Shown here piece after piece: positions 18,853 to 29,059 of a DNA stretch of 56,389 nt. Below the pieces are notes generated by a model, which saw nothing but the letters and a program-made list of their open reading frames with translations, was not told where the DNA came from and did no database searches. Position 1 is the stretch's first letter; every line of letters starts with the position of its first letter. The DNA is from Promethearchaeota archaeon (GTDB lineage: Archaea; Asgardarchaeota; Lokiarchaeia; Sigyniarchaeales; SOKP01). The stretch spans positions 1-56,389 of the forward strand of contig JBHLLT010000008.1 in the NCBI GenBank assembly GCA_048938855.1. Reading direction: 5' to 3'. The position numbers were made by a program, and so were the translations under genes.

Positions 18853-21534
18853 TTAAGGATCTTCGAATACTATGTATGTTGCCCAGTTTTTACCCTCGAA
18901 ACCTGGGCCATATCCCCAAGCGGTTTCAATATTGGTGTAAACTTCATCGCAAATCACGTAGAATTCCTGCACTATTGCGTGAGCTGCGATATATAGTGTT
19001 GTTCCTGGATCCCAATCCCATGAAATAGTATAGGTGTATTCCTGTACTGGTGGAGCATGTTCCATTTGGTAATCAAAATGCCCCGGGATTGGGTTATTGT
19101 TCTTAGTTTGAGGGATACCATCTAAAGAGTCAGCAACATGTAAGTGCGTCTCAGTCATAAACCAACCATCTGTAGTCACATATGTTATATAGAGAAAGTC
19201 CGGATCATCTGTCCAAATAATAATCTCTCCAACATCAATGGCACTTTTAGGATTTCCACCCCCGGCTATCAAGTCTGTGACAAATGGATGAACCGTTATA
19301 TAAGCCTGAGGAATATCAACAAATCCAATGTAATTTCCCTCGTAATCGCCGTATTCGACTATTGCCTCTCCTTCTACATCAACTTCCAAATCGTCTCCGC
19401 ATATTTTAGATTTTATATCGAAAGATAGAAGCACAGTTTCATCTGCACTTAAGTCAGGGTCATCATCAGCATACATTCCGATATTTTCCCAGAAAATAAT
19501 AGTGGTTCCATCAAGATTGTGGCTGATACTGTCTGGATCAATGTTAAAGCTAGACTCATCCACAACGATGTAACTCTGTGTAACTTCGGTTACATTGACA
19601 AAATGTGGTATTGTGCTTGAAACTATCTCTTCATATATCGCATCATAAATTTCGTCAAGATTTTCCGGTGAAGGTGCTGAATAATACTCCCCACCTGTCG
19701 CATCTGCCATGTCCTGTAAGGGGGCAAAATTTATTGGGTCGTCTCCCTGCAAACCAATTGAATAAATTACATATCCTTTATTCGCAGCATCATCAGCTGG
19801 TGATCCAGGAGAACCTGAAGGAGTATAATAACTGGACCAACCATCAGTAAGGAATATAATTATCTCACTAGATGGACCAACACGAGGGTTGGCATCAAGC
19901 ATAGCTATAGCACCTAAAAGTCCAGCATTGAGGTTTGTTCCACCCGAACTGTCTATTAGGTCTATCCTGTTTTTCAACGTTGTAAAATCTTGAGTTAAGC
20001 CATAGGTTTGTGGAGTATGTACAGTGCTATCCCAGTCTACAACACTGCCTTGATCCCGTGTGTCAACCATCTTGTCAATGAAATCTTTCGCTGCAGCTAA
20101 TCGTAGATTAGCTGGGTCGTTCCAGCTCATACTTCCAGAGCTATCAATTGCAAACACAACATCCATAGGTGTAATTGTAGTCTCAGTACCCCCCGCACCT
20201 GTCACATTTATGGTTACAGTTGCCATATCCCCAGTTCCAAAAATAATTTCCTTGGGTAAAACAGTCTTCCTAACCTCGGGCGGAAGAATTTCTACTGGTG
20301 GTGGTGGAGCTATTTTTTCTAGGTTAAGAAGATTCCAAGCTGTTGAAAGAACATTGCCGGACATTGAACCCCAACTTCCTCCAGGCCAAACATAACTTGG
20401 GGATGAATCCCAAGAGCCGTCAGGATTTTGGTGAGCTATTAAAACATCTGCAAACTCTTGATACCAGTCATGCTCCGGATCACCAACGCCATCTAAGTCA
20501 AGTAGATCTATTCCACAATATTCAAGACCTTTCATAAGGCAATACATCGCTTGATAATGCGCGGGTGGACCTTGGAGATAACCCCATCCAGGTTGATAGT
20601 CGGTATCATGCCAATGCCGTTCGATATAATCCAATGCATTGTCGAACCGTGCAACACCGGGACCTTCTCCACAGAATTTCATCTCAAAAATTAAATTACC
20701 AGTTTTAAGTTCATTAACCCAGTCAGTAGGCTGATAGTACCCCGAACCACCATCAGGAGTAGGCTGCCCACCATCATCCCCCGGACCCGGATCGTTTTGT
20801 ATATAATCAATCCAAGTATTAAGTTTTGATTTCACAGCAAGAGGAATAGTACATCCATAACCTTCAGCTGCTGCAAGTCCAAGCACTGCATATCCTGTGA
20901 CGGAATTATCACCCCCAGAATTTGCAGTATATCCCCATGCCCCCAATCGAACTCCAGAATCAATCTGAGCCCAACAAAGCCAATCAACGACCTCTTGGAT
21001 GATCTCTCCATACGTGTCAGCACCACCAAGTCCATCGAAATCGAGACCTGCTTCATTTGGTCTGGTTAACCCAATGGGTCCAGTAGCTGCAAGACTCATC
21101 AAACTGATACCTGTGTAGTAATCATTATCTCCAACGGATATTCCCCAGCCATTCATATTGGTATCTGAACCATATGAATCAGAGATAGGTCTTTTAATAA
21201 AATAGTTAAGCAAATAGTTCCAACCAAGGATAACCTCATCAGCATATTCATAATAGTCTGGTTCAAGATTGTCTGTCTCAAATGGGTCGAGTCCTAACTC
21301 ATATGCACGATCCTGAAGCTTGATGAGTACGAATCCTGTGACTCCTGGGTCAGGCCATCCATTATAATCCCAACTTCCACTAGGATCTTGCTGTGATATA
21401 AGATAGTTTATTCCATATTCTATTGCATCTTCAATATCCTCCTCAGTAGCTGCACTCACATTCAATGGTATCATAACAAATGAAAATAACAGGCTCATTG
21501 CAATTATTGTCGGTATTATAATTTTTTTATTCAT
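18853..21534 (-). CDS. Secreted alpha/alpha-toroid (prenyltransferase/squalene-oxidase repeat) + vWA domain protein
   Basis: Signal peptide (..VSA|A); QW-like repeats YLISQQDPSGSW, LIAHQNPDGSW; vWA DVVFAIDSSGSM, GGT, IFLTDG, YSIG; C-terminal ETHLHV..NPIPGHF..YIAAHA..ETAW domain. Confidence 0.82.
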   Translation of the reverse strand: MNKKIIIPTIIAMSLLFSFVMIPLNVSAATEEDIEDAIEYGINYLISQQDPSGSWDYNGWPDPGVTGFVLIKLQDRAYELGLDPFETDNLEPDYYEYADEVILGWNYLLNYFIKRPISDSYGSDTNMNGWGISVGDNDYYTGISLMSLAATGPIGLTRPNEAGLDFDGLGGADTYGEIIQEVVDWLCWAQIDSGVRLGAWGYTANSGGDNSVTGYAVLGLAAAEGYGCTIPLAVKSKLNTWIDYIQNDPGPGDDGGQPTPDGGSGYYQPTDWVNELKTGNLIFEMKFCGEGPGVARFDNALDYIERHWHDTDYQPGWGYLQGPPAHYQAMYCLMKGLEYCGIDLLDLDGVGDPEHDWYQEFADVLIAHQNPDGSWDSSPSYVWPGGSWGSMSGNVLSTAWNLLNLEKIAPPPPVEILPPEVRKTVLPKEIIFGTGDMATVTINVTGAGGTETTITPMDVVFAIDSSGSMSWNDPANLRLAAAKDFIDKMVDTRDQGSVVDWDSTVHTPQTYGLTQDFTTLKNRIDLIDSSGGTNLNAGLLGAIAMLDANPRVGPSSEIIIFLTDGWSSYYTPSGSPGSPADDAANKGYVIYSIGLQGDDPINFAPLQDMADATGGEYYSAPSPENLDEIYDAIYEEIVSSTIPHFVNVTEVTQSYIVVDESSFNIDPDSISHNLDGTTIIFWENIGMYADDDPDLSADETVLLSFDIKSKICGDDLEVDVEGEAIVEYGDYEGNYIGFVDIPQAYITVHPFVTDLIAGGGNPKSAIDVGEIIIWTDDPDFLYITYVTTDGWFMTETHLHVADSLDGIPQTKNNNPIPGHFDYQMEHAPPVQEYTYTISWDWDPGTTLYIAAHAIVQEFYVICDEVYTNIETAWGYGPGFEGKNWATYIVFEDP

Positions 21535-21812
21535 ACTTTTCTCCTTTTATTTAATTTTTTGTGAAATTGATTATCCATAATTCGATCTATAATCCATGAT
21601 TTTCATAATCTATAGTGATAATTTTGAAATTAAATATGCAAATATTGGATTCGCGATCAAATATGAACAAATAAAATTTAGTACTGCTCAATATTTAACA
21701 CTTTTGTAAAGAAAAATAACTGTAGTGATAGTTTTAAAAATTAATGAATTACGACCAAGAGCCCTTAGAAAAAATTTAATACCTGATAAATACCAAAAAT
21801 AAATAATTCATC

Positions 21813-21926
21813 CTAATAATGTAGCAAAGAACTCCATAAAAAGCAACCAAAGATGGAGACTAATATGGGTGTTAAGATTAAAAAAAGGACATATGTTATT
21901 CCAAGTGGTATAGCACGCAAACCCAA
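21813..21926 (-). pseudogene. Possible DMT/SMR-like transporter fragment or 37-aa hydrophobic peptide
   Basis: TTG-start MGLRAIPLGITYVLFLILTPILVSIFGCFLWSSLLHY*; resembles the 'L+.IP.G.AY' DMT motif. Confidence 0.25.
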
Positions 21927-21943
21927 TCAATAATAACTTCTTA

Positions 21944-22903
21944 TTAAATTGTATTATTTTTAATATGCAAATTAAAACCTTCAGATTGGTTAATAATTTC
22001 ATTTGTAGTTTTGTTAAAATTGACTTTAAGTCCATATCCTGAATTTCTATAGTAACTTTCTGCTAGTAGAATAGTGACACTTATTGTATTATCAAATTCT
22101 GTGATAAAAGGAATTCTGTCTTCCCATTTAGAAAAAAAGCTATATTTTTCTGCTAAAAGTAACGATTTTTCATAAAAGATTGTTTGAATTGAATTTAATT
22201 TGAGTGTTGTATCTATTAGAATTTTGGAATTTGAGGTAAAAATACTCTTTTTGACGAGTCTAAAATGTTGCTCTTCGTTCTTCCTTTTAGTAGAATAGAT
22301 ATAATAAGTAAAGGGAGTAATCCCAGGAATGAAACGATGAGATGAGGGCAAATTAACTTTAAAATATACTTTCATAATAATACGCCATAAAAAGTAAAAT
22401 ATGTAAAACCCACTTACAAAGTAGGAATATAGAATCAGATTAAATGTTGGCCAAACGAAAAATATTATCACGTATGATAACATAATACCGATGGAGATTA
22501 ATAGCATATTAAAGTTTATTGCCCGATCGATGAAAAAACGATATTTTTTTTTTGATATTGGATAAAATATTGGAGTTTTCGAGGCTGCTAAGAAATCCAA
22601 GGTAATATGCAAACTATAAAACAAAAAACCTAATGGCCAAACATATAAAAATGCTATTTGAGTAAAAAATGAGAATATTGCTCCTATAATTGCTGTTATA
22701 CCAACAGCAAATACATAAGAGTGTGATACTCCCTTATGAGCTAAATTTTTATTTCTACGTATGAACTTAAACGATTCAAAAATAACATCAAAATCAGGAG
22801 TTATTGCCATAATGGCCATATAAATCACTATAGCAAATCCGAACTGATTAAGCGTAAACGCACTAATTAAAAGCCCTATCAAAAAATGAGTAAAAGAATC
22901 CAT
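21944..22903 (-). CDS. Membrane-bound metal-dependent hydrolase (YdjM/DUF457-like)
   Basis: MDSFTH, PDFD, HKGVSHS, LHITLD, TM helices. Confidence 0.82.
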   Translation of the reverse strand: MDSFTHFLIGLLISAFTLNQFGFAIVIYMAIMAITPDFDVIFESFKFIRRNKNLAHKGVSHSYVFAVGITAIIGAIFSFFTQIAFLYVWPLGFLFYSLHITLDFLAASKTPIFYPISKKKYRFFIDRAINFNMLLISIGIMLSYVIIFFVWPTFNLILYSYFVSGFYIFYFLWRIIMKVYFKVNLPSSHRFIPGITPFTYYIYSTKRKNEEQHFRLVKKSIFTSNSKILIDTTLKLNSIQTIFYEKSLLLAEKYSFFSKWEDRIPFITEFDNTISVTILLAESYYRNSGYGLKVNFNKTTNEIINQSEGFNLHIKNNTI

Positions 22904-23143
22904 CTCTGCAAAAATATTAAATCGAAATGCCTATTTTAAAATTAATATTAATTTTTATATAAAAAACCGTAAATTCGTTTAATTTATGAAATTTAATATT
23001 ACTATTTTATTAAGCATTTAGGTAATATTTCTTTTGAATTTTAGACGAATATTATAAATTCTCTATATTATTATATTAATTAAAATATTAATCCTATTTT
23101 TTTGCTAATTATCAATTCTATAAATGAGGAAATTAATTGAATT

Positions 23144-23401
23144 ATGAGCGAAGAGCCCCAGCTTCCCGAAGTTCCCTCGATCACTGATGATTGGGACCGT
23201 AAAAAAAGATTTGTCGAAAAAAAATATAGCGTTGTTAAATGCGGGCAATGTAATGAAAAAGTAACACGTTCATTTAAACCTGGAGATTTTGTTTTTAAAA
23301 AACTTACAGATGAAGAATGTGAAAAATGTCATAAGAATCAATCCTTAACAATTGTAGAAATATATTCAGAATGGGTTGATCCTAAAAAACAGAAAAAATA
23401 G
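23144..23401 (+). CDS. Conserved archaeal zinc-ribbon protein
   Basis: CGQC...RSFKPGDFVFK...CEKC...IVEIYSE. Confidence 0.75.
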   Translation: MSEEPQLPEVPSITDDWDRKKRFVEKKYSVVKCGQCNEKVTRSFKPGDFVFKKLTDEECEKCHKNQSLTIVEIYSEWVDPKKQKK

Positions 23402-23412
23402 AATATTTAACT

Positions 23413-25035
23413 TTAAAGAACTTGCGTATTATTTGATTCTATTGACGGTCTTTTTTTGTGGAAATCTGTTTTATCCTGAAAAGCTTTTGCTAAAGCTAAT
23501 ACTTGATCCTCCTTGTAAAGATTCCCAGTAAATGTAATGCTTGTTGGAATTCCATTTTCTGTAAAACCATTTGGTACAACAACCGCAGGATGACCCGTTA
23601 AGTTCGTTAACAGTATGGTCTTATAAAATGAAGGGGCAACAAACGCATCGATAGTTTGGAATAATTTTTTCATCTCTTGCATCAAAATCGTTCGTGCACG
23701 ATTTGCTTTAAGATATTCTACTGCTGGAATCAATCTTGATTGTCTGAATTCATTCGGCCAGGCATCTTTTACCTGCCGAACCAGTTCATCATCTCTATTA
23801 CTCAGTGTCAACTCATCAAAAGCAGTAGCAGCTTCAGCAGATAATATGAAAGAAAGCGCTTCAACTGGGAATTCTGGTAATTCAATAGGTATGAGTTTGA
23901 TTCCAATTGATTGTAGGACTGTAAGTACCTGATCATCATGAGCTTTATACTCCCTTTCTTCTTCAAACGCAGTTTTAATATAACCAACTCGTAAATCTAA
24001 CACATCAAAAGAATAATCCCAATTAAAAGGTATGTTCATAACTGTCTGATCTTTACCATCTGATCCTTTGATAATATCAAACACTATCGCACAATCTTCT
24101 ACTGTGCGACATATTGGTCCTATCTTATCCATAGACCAACTCAAAGCCATAGCTCCAAACCTACTAATTCTTCCAAATGTTGGTCGTAAGCCTGTTGTTC
24201 CGCATTTAGTTGAAGGAGAAATAATAGAGCCATACGTCTCAGTTCCTATTGCGAAACCAAGTAATCCTGCTGCTACAGCAGCTGCAGATCCTGCTGAGGA
24301 TCCGCTTGAACCTTCCTCAATATTCCATGGAGATTTTGTCTGTCCTCCAAACCATACATCACCCCAAGCTAATGCCCCTAAGGTCATTTTTCCGAGCATT
24401 ACTGCACCTGCATCCTCCAACTTTTTAATAATCGTTGCAGTTTCATTAATAACCTGCTCTTTATATGGAGTAGCGCCCCATGTAGTAGGGAAATCTGGAT
24501 ATGCAAACAAATCTTTTACCCCATATGGGATTCCATGCAAACTACTTCTATAGTGACCATCATTTATCTCTTTATCTGCTCTTTTTGCTTGATTAAGAGC
24601 TAATTCTTCAGTTATAGTAATACAACATTTAAGGATTGGATCGTATTTTTTTAACCGTTTAAGATACATCTTCGTGAGATCGAGTGAAGTAATTTTCTGC
24701 TCTTTTACCAATTGCGATAAATCTTTTATTGGCCAAAATGCTGTTTCTTCTAAATTTTCAGGGATTTGTAAATCAGGATTAGGACTTATTTTAATTGGTT
24801 TTTGTACATTTGAAAATTTCATACCAGGTAAAACTGGTGTAAAATATAATGCTGGAGGTATATGATTTTCTATTTTTAATTTTCTTAGCTTTAAATAATT
24901 CTCAAGATTTTCATTAACACCTTCAAATAATAAATCTCTTTCCTCATTTGTAAATTGTAATCCAGCAACGATTTCTGCTTTAGAAATATCATCTTTTGAA
25001 ATTTTATAATCCTCTTCTTTTTTTTCTTCCGTCAT
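23413..25035 (-). CDS. Amidase-signature family enzyme
   Basis: LHGIPYGVKD (Lys), SSGSSAGS, GTETYGSI (Ser-cisSer-Lys triad), NLTGHPA. Confidence 0.92.
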   Translation of the reverse strand: MTEEKKEEDYKISKDDISKAEIVAGLQFTNEERDLLFEGVNENLENYLKLRKLKIENHIPPALYFTPVLPGMKFSNVQKPIKISPNPDLQIPENLEETAFWPIKDLSQLVKEQKITSLDLTKMYLKRLKKYDPILKCCITITEELALNQAKRADKEINDGHYRSSLHGIPYGVKDLFAYPDFPTTWGATPYKEQVINETATIIKKLEDAGAVMLGKMTLGALAWGDVWFGGQTKSPWNIEEGSSGSSAGSAAAVAAGLLGFAIGTETYGSIISPSTKCGTTGLRPTFGRISRFGAMALSWSMDKIGPICRTVEDCAIVFDIIKGSDGKDQTVMNIPFNWDYSFDVLDLRVGYIKTAFEEEREYKAHDDQVLTVLQSIGIKLIPIELPEFPVEALSFILSAEAATAFDELTLSNRDDELVRQVKDAWPNEFRQSRLIPAVEYLKANRARTILMQEMKKLFQTIDAFVAPSFYKTILLTNLTGHPAVVVPNGFTENGIPTSITFTGNLYKEDQVLALAKAFQDKTDFHKKRPSIESNNTQVL

Positions 25036-25065
25036 GGTTTAATGAGACCCTTCAAATTTACTGTT

Positions 25066-25698
25066 TTATGATGTTTTCCATCTATTAATCGCAATATAAA
25101 GACATCCTAAAGCTAAACCTACTGCAATTAGAATTGAAATAAATATAAAGTATCCTGAAATACCGAGTGCGTTGATATCTAAAAAATAATAAATGTAATT
25201 TCCTGTGAAGGTACCATATATAAAAACAAATACCAGATAACATAAAGGATATATCATCCAATATAATATATAGTTCCACTTGTATCTTAATTTAGTTTCA
25301 GTTAATACCCAATCGAGTATAAATGCGATTGGGGTAATATAATGTAAGACAAGATTACTAAATGCTGCCCAACCAGTAGGGTGATAAAATGGGCTTAAAA
25401 GAATCGCAAAGAAAAGGAATGTTATCGTTATATAAAGAGTAAAAGCACCTTTAACAGGCCTTAGGAACTTTTCAAGAAGCTCTGGTTTATTAAACCAAAA
25501 AATGGCGAATGTAAACCAAAGGGTAACAATTAAGTTTGTTTGCATTGTAAATGCTATAAAGCTATTAAACCAACCGAGAATTGAACCATAAGTGAAACTA
25601 TAAATAATTGCTCCCGCTATTAATGTAAACCAGCTTAGTCCAGCAAAACAAATACGGTAAATGGTAATAATTTTGTTTGGAAGTGTTAAATTTCTCAT
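25066..25698 (-). CDS. Pr6Pr / FAR-17a-AIG1-like membrane protein
   Basis: FTMQTN, LHYITP....DW, YP..Y, Y.Y.FLD; about 6 TM helices. Confidence 0.8.
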   Translation of the reverse strand: MRNLTLPNKIITIYRICFAGLSWFTLIAGAIIYSFTYGSILGWFNSFIAFTMQTNLIVTLWFTFAIFWFNKPELLEKFLRPVKGAFTLYITITFLFFAILLSPFYHPTGWAAFSNLVLHYITPIAFILDWVLTETKLRYKWNYILYWMIYPLCYLVFVFIYGTFTGNYIYYFLDINALGISGYFIFISILIAVGLALGCLYIAINRWKTS

Positions 25699-25813
25699 TT
25701 TAAAAATGTCCTAATAAATATTAAATTATATTAATTAATAGAATTATTAAATTAAAACCATTTTTTTAAAGAGAAAGATCTCTTTATTTTGTCTCCAGAA
25801 CTAAGTAAAAACG

Positions 25814-26809
25814 CTAATTAGCAAGCCCCAACATTTTTATTATTAGATTAGCCATGGAATAAGGATCTAATGATTTTTGTATAGCTTGTTCAATATATTC
25901 TCCAATTTTTTTATCAGTGTTAAGTAATTCTTCTACTTTTTCCGTCAATTTATGCTTTAATATTTGTAGAGTTTCATTAGTAATTCTATTCTTCATATAA
26001 TTCGAAAATACACCGGAATCTTCCAAGAATGCTTTATGTTTTTTTATTAATTCAAGAAGCTCATTAAAATTCTCTCCGGTCTTAGAATTTACCTTAGTAA
26101 TTTCTGGTGTCCACAGTTCAATTTTTGCGTATTTTTTACTTATACCGTTTAAATCATATTTATAGTTTTTTCTGAATTCTAACATTTGCTTTATTTCAGC
26201 TATTTTTTTGTCTGCTCCTTGTAAGTCCATTTTATTTACAACAAATATATCAGTAATTTCCATGATACCTGATTTGATAGCCTGAATGTCGTCTCCTAAG
26301 CCTGGAACTAATAATACCACAACGGTTTGGGCAGATTTAAAAATATCTACTTCAGATTGACCCACCCCAACTGTCTCAACGATGATTATATCACAACCAT
26401 ATGCATCAAGAATTTTTATGGAATCCTCGGTAGCTCGAGCAAGTCCCCCCAATTGTCCTCTATTTGCCATGCTTCTTATAAATACATTATTTAAGGAGAA
26501 GTTCTGTTTCATGCGTATTCTATCTCCTAAAAGTGCGCCGCCTGTTAAAGGGGATGTTGGATCAACGCAGATTATCCCTACTTTTTTCCCTTGTTCCACA
26601 TAGAATTTAGTTAATGTTGAAATAAAAGTCGACTTACCTGTACCTGGTGCACCTGTAATACCTAAGATATATGCTTTACCAGTGTATTCATAAATTAAAT
26701 TGACAATCTCTTCAGCAGCTTCAATATCATTCTCAACAAAAGTAATTAGACGCGCAACAGCTCTCGGACTGCCATTCAATAATTGAGAAATAAAATTAGA
26801 ATAATCCAT
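25814..26809 (-). CDS. meaB: MeaB/ArgK GTPase chaperone of B12 mutases
   Basis: GITGAPGTGKST, VDPTSP.TGGALLGDRIRM, ETVGVGQSE, NKMD. Confidence 0.95.
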   Translation of the reverse strand: MDYSNFISQLLNGSPRAVARLITFVENDIEAAEEIVNLIYEYTGKAYILGITGAPGTGKSTFISTLTKFYVEQGKKVGIICVDPTSPLTGGALLGDRIRMKQNFSLNNVFIRSMANRGQLGGLARATEDSIKILDAYGCDIIIVETVGVGQSEVDIFKSAQTVVVLLVPGLGDDIQAIKSGIMEITDIFVVNKMDLQGADKKIAEIKQMLEFRKNYKYDLNGISKKYAKIELWTPEITKVNSKTGENFNELLELIKKHKAFLEDSGVFSNYMKNRITNETLQILKHKLTEKVEELLNTDKKIGEYIEQAIQKSLDPYSMANLIIKMLGLAN

Positions 26810-26817
26810 TCTATCTA

Positions 26818-27219
26818 TTATCTTTTTAAGTTGTTTTTAACAAATTCAACTATAGTTTTTAAATCAGTACCTGGTCCATAAAATCCTTCTAGTCCATGAT
26901 TTTTTAAAAATTCTTTGTCTTCATCCGGAATAATACCTCCAACAGCGACAAGGACATCATCAATCCCCTGTTCTTTTAGTTTTTCCATGATCACAGGACA
27001 TAATGCATTATGAGCTCCAGATAACATGCTTAGCATTACAGCATCGGGATCTTCTTGTATAACCGTATTTACTACATCGTCTGGTGTTTGATGTATACCT
27101 GTGTAAATTACTTCCATACCCGCATCTCTCAATGCTCTAGCTAAGACTTTAGCACCTCTATCATGTCCATCAAGTCCTGGTTTACAAACTAAAACTTTTA
27201 TTTTTCTTTCTTCATTCAT
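26818..27219 (-). CDS. Acyl-CoA mutase small, cobalamin-binding subunit
   Basis: KPGLDGHDRG (DxHxxG), SMLSGAH, GGIIP. Confidence 0.95.
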   Translation of the reverse strand: MNEERKIKVLVCKPGLDGHDRGAKVLARALRDAGMEVIYTGIHQTPDDVVNTVIQEDPDAVMLSMLSGAHNALCPVIMEKLKEQGIDDVLVAVGGIIPDEDKEFLKNHGLEGFYGPGTDLKTIVEFVKNNLKR

Positions 27220-27233
27220 ATTCGATTATCTCT

Positions 27234-28889
27234 TTAAAATATTGAATCTTCATGATATGTTCCAAATACTTCTGTTAATGCATTTATAATTTCTCCTATG
27301 GAAGTGTATTCTCTCACAGCATCTATAATAAATGGCATTAAATTTTCTGTCCCTCTTGCAGCTTCCTTTAACCTCTCAATCTTTTCGCTTACTTTATCAT
27401 TGTCTCTTCGTTCTTTTAACTCATTGAGTTTTCTAATTTGGTCTTTTGCCACGTTTTCATCAATTTTTAATAATGGGACCGAACATGGTTCTTTTTGTCC
27501 GAATTGATTGACTGCCACAAAAGTTCTTTCCTTATTTTCGATTTCTTGTTGATATTTGTAAGAAGCATTGGCAATTTCTTTTTGGAAGAAATTAGCTTTT
27601 ATTGCTGGAATTACTCCGCCTAGATCTTCTATTCTTTTAAAATAATCTTCTGCTTCTTCTTCCATCTTATTAGTAAGCCATTCAACATAATAAGACCCTG
27701 CTAAAGGATCGACTGTATCCGTTACACCTGATTCATGTGCTATAATTTGTTGTGTTCTTAAAGCTATTTTTACCGCATTTTCAGTTGGAAGACATAGAGC
27801 CTCATCAAATGAATTAGTGTGTAAAGATTGTGTACCACCAAGAATAGAAGCTAATGCTTGTAATGTTACTCTAGCAATATTATTCTCTGGCTCTTGAGCA
27901 GCCAATGATACACCTGCAGTTTGAGTATGAAAGCGTAAACGCATGGATTTAGGTTTTTTTGCTCCATATCTATTTTTCATATGTCTCGCCCATATTCGCC
28001 TAGCAGTCCTATATTTGCAAATTTCTTCAAAGAAATTATTATGCGAATTAAAGAAGAAGGATAAACGAGGTGCAAAATCATCAATATCTAACCCCCTTTC
28101 AAGAGCAGCTTCTACATATGCAAAACCATCGGCTAATGTGAAAGCTAATTCTTGTACAGCAGTGGATCCCGCTTCCCTTATATGGTATCCGCTAATACTT
28201 ATTGTATACCACTGAGGTACATATTTAGTACAATACTCTATTGTATCGACAATGATTCTCATAGAAGCGCCAGGGGGAAAAATCCATGATTTCTGAGCAA
28301 TATATTCTTTTAATATATCGTTTTGAATAGTTCCTCTCAGTTGTTCTGGAGAATGCCCTTGCTTTTCAGCAGTTACAATATATAATGCTAATAGTATGGA
28401 AGCAGGTCCATTTATAGTCATAGAAGTACTGATTTTAGAGAGATCTATTCCATCAAATAACGTCTCCATATCCTCAAGAGAATCAATTGCAACACCCTCT
28501 TTTCCAATTTCACCAAGAGCTCTAGGATCAGTAGCCTCGATACCATAAATAGTATGCAAACTAAAAGCTACACTTAGTCCAGTATTCCCATTCTCAATTA
28601 AGAATTTATATCGTTTATTAGTTTGATCTGCATTTCCAAATCCAGCGAATTGACGCATAGTCCATAGCTGTCCTCGATACATATTTGGATAAGTGCCTCG
28701 GGTGAATGGATATTGCCCTGGAAATCCTAAGTCGAGTCCATAATTTAAATCTTTAATATCATTAGGAGTATATAATCTATTAATTTCTAATTCAGATAAA
28801 TTTCTGAAACTTTTTTTTCTTTCTTTTTTAAGGGAAATGGAATTCTCCCATTCTTCCTTATCTTGTTTGATTTTATCATATTCAGTCAT
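27234..28889 (-). CDS. Acyl-CoA mutase large subunit (methylmalonyl-CoA mutase family, isobutyryl-CoA mutase-type signature)
   Basis: PGQYPFTRG, TMRQFAGFG, GTIQNDILKEYIAQK, SISGYHIREAG, QSLHTN. Confidence 0.93.
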   Translation of the reverse strand: MTEYDKIKQDKEEWENSISLKKERKKSFRNLSELEINRLYTPNDIKDLNYGLDLGFPGQYPFTRGTYPNMYRGQLWTMRQFAGFGNADQTNKRYKFLIENGNTGLSVAFSLHTIYGIEATDPRALGEIGKEGVAIDSLEDMETLFDGIDLSKISTSMTINGPASILLALYIVTAEKQGHSPEQLRGTIQNDILKEYIAQKSWIFPPGASMRIIVDTIEYCTKYVPQWYTISISGYHIREAGSTAVQELAFTLADGFAYVEAALERGLDIDDFAPRLSFFFNSHNNFFEEICKYRTARRIWARHMKNRYGAKKPKSMRLRFHTQTAGVSLAAQEPENNIARVTLQALASILGGTQSLHTNSFDEALCLPTENAVKIALRTQQIIAHESGVTDTVDPLAGSYYVEWLTNKMEEEAEDYFKRIEDLGGVIPAIKANFFQKEIANASYKYQQEIENKERTFVAVNQFGQKEPCSVPLLKIDENVAKDQIRKLNELKERRDNDKVSEKIERLKEAARGTENLMPFIIDAVREYTSIGEIINALTEVFGTYHEDSIF

Positions 28890-29059
28890 AATACTTATCC
28901 CTCTTGAACGACATTGGAGGGTTTAATCTACTATTTTGTGATTATTATTATTAGTTCTTCAATAAGATAAGAGTATAAAATTATTTTAACTTTATTTTAT
29001 CCTTCTAAAAGAATAAGAATAATTGAAAAGTAGATTTATAACCTAAAAAAAAATTATGT

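Noticed and set aside
18853-21534. Squalene-hopene or diterpene cyclase (which would make the downstream cluster hopanoid-like); or a thioester protein
   Set aside because: No DxDD motif in cyclase context, a single barrel, a signal peptide and a vWA fusion; CGEG is not the CGEQ thioester motif
23413-25035. GatA of Glu-tRNA amidotransferase
   Set aside because: No gatB/gatC nearby and GatA-specific motifs (DEFAMG, SDTGGS) are absent; a generic amidase
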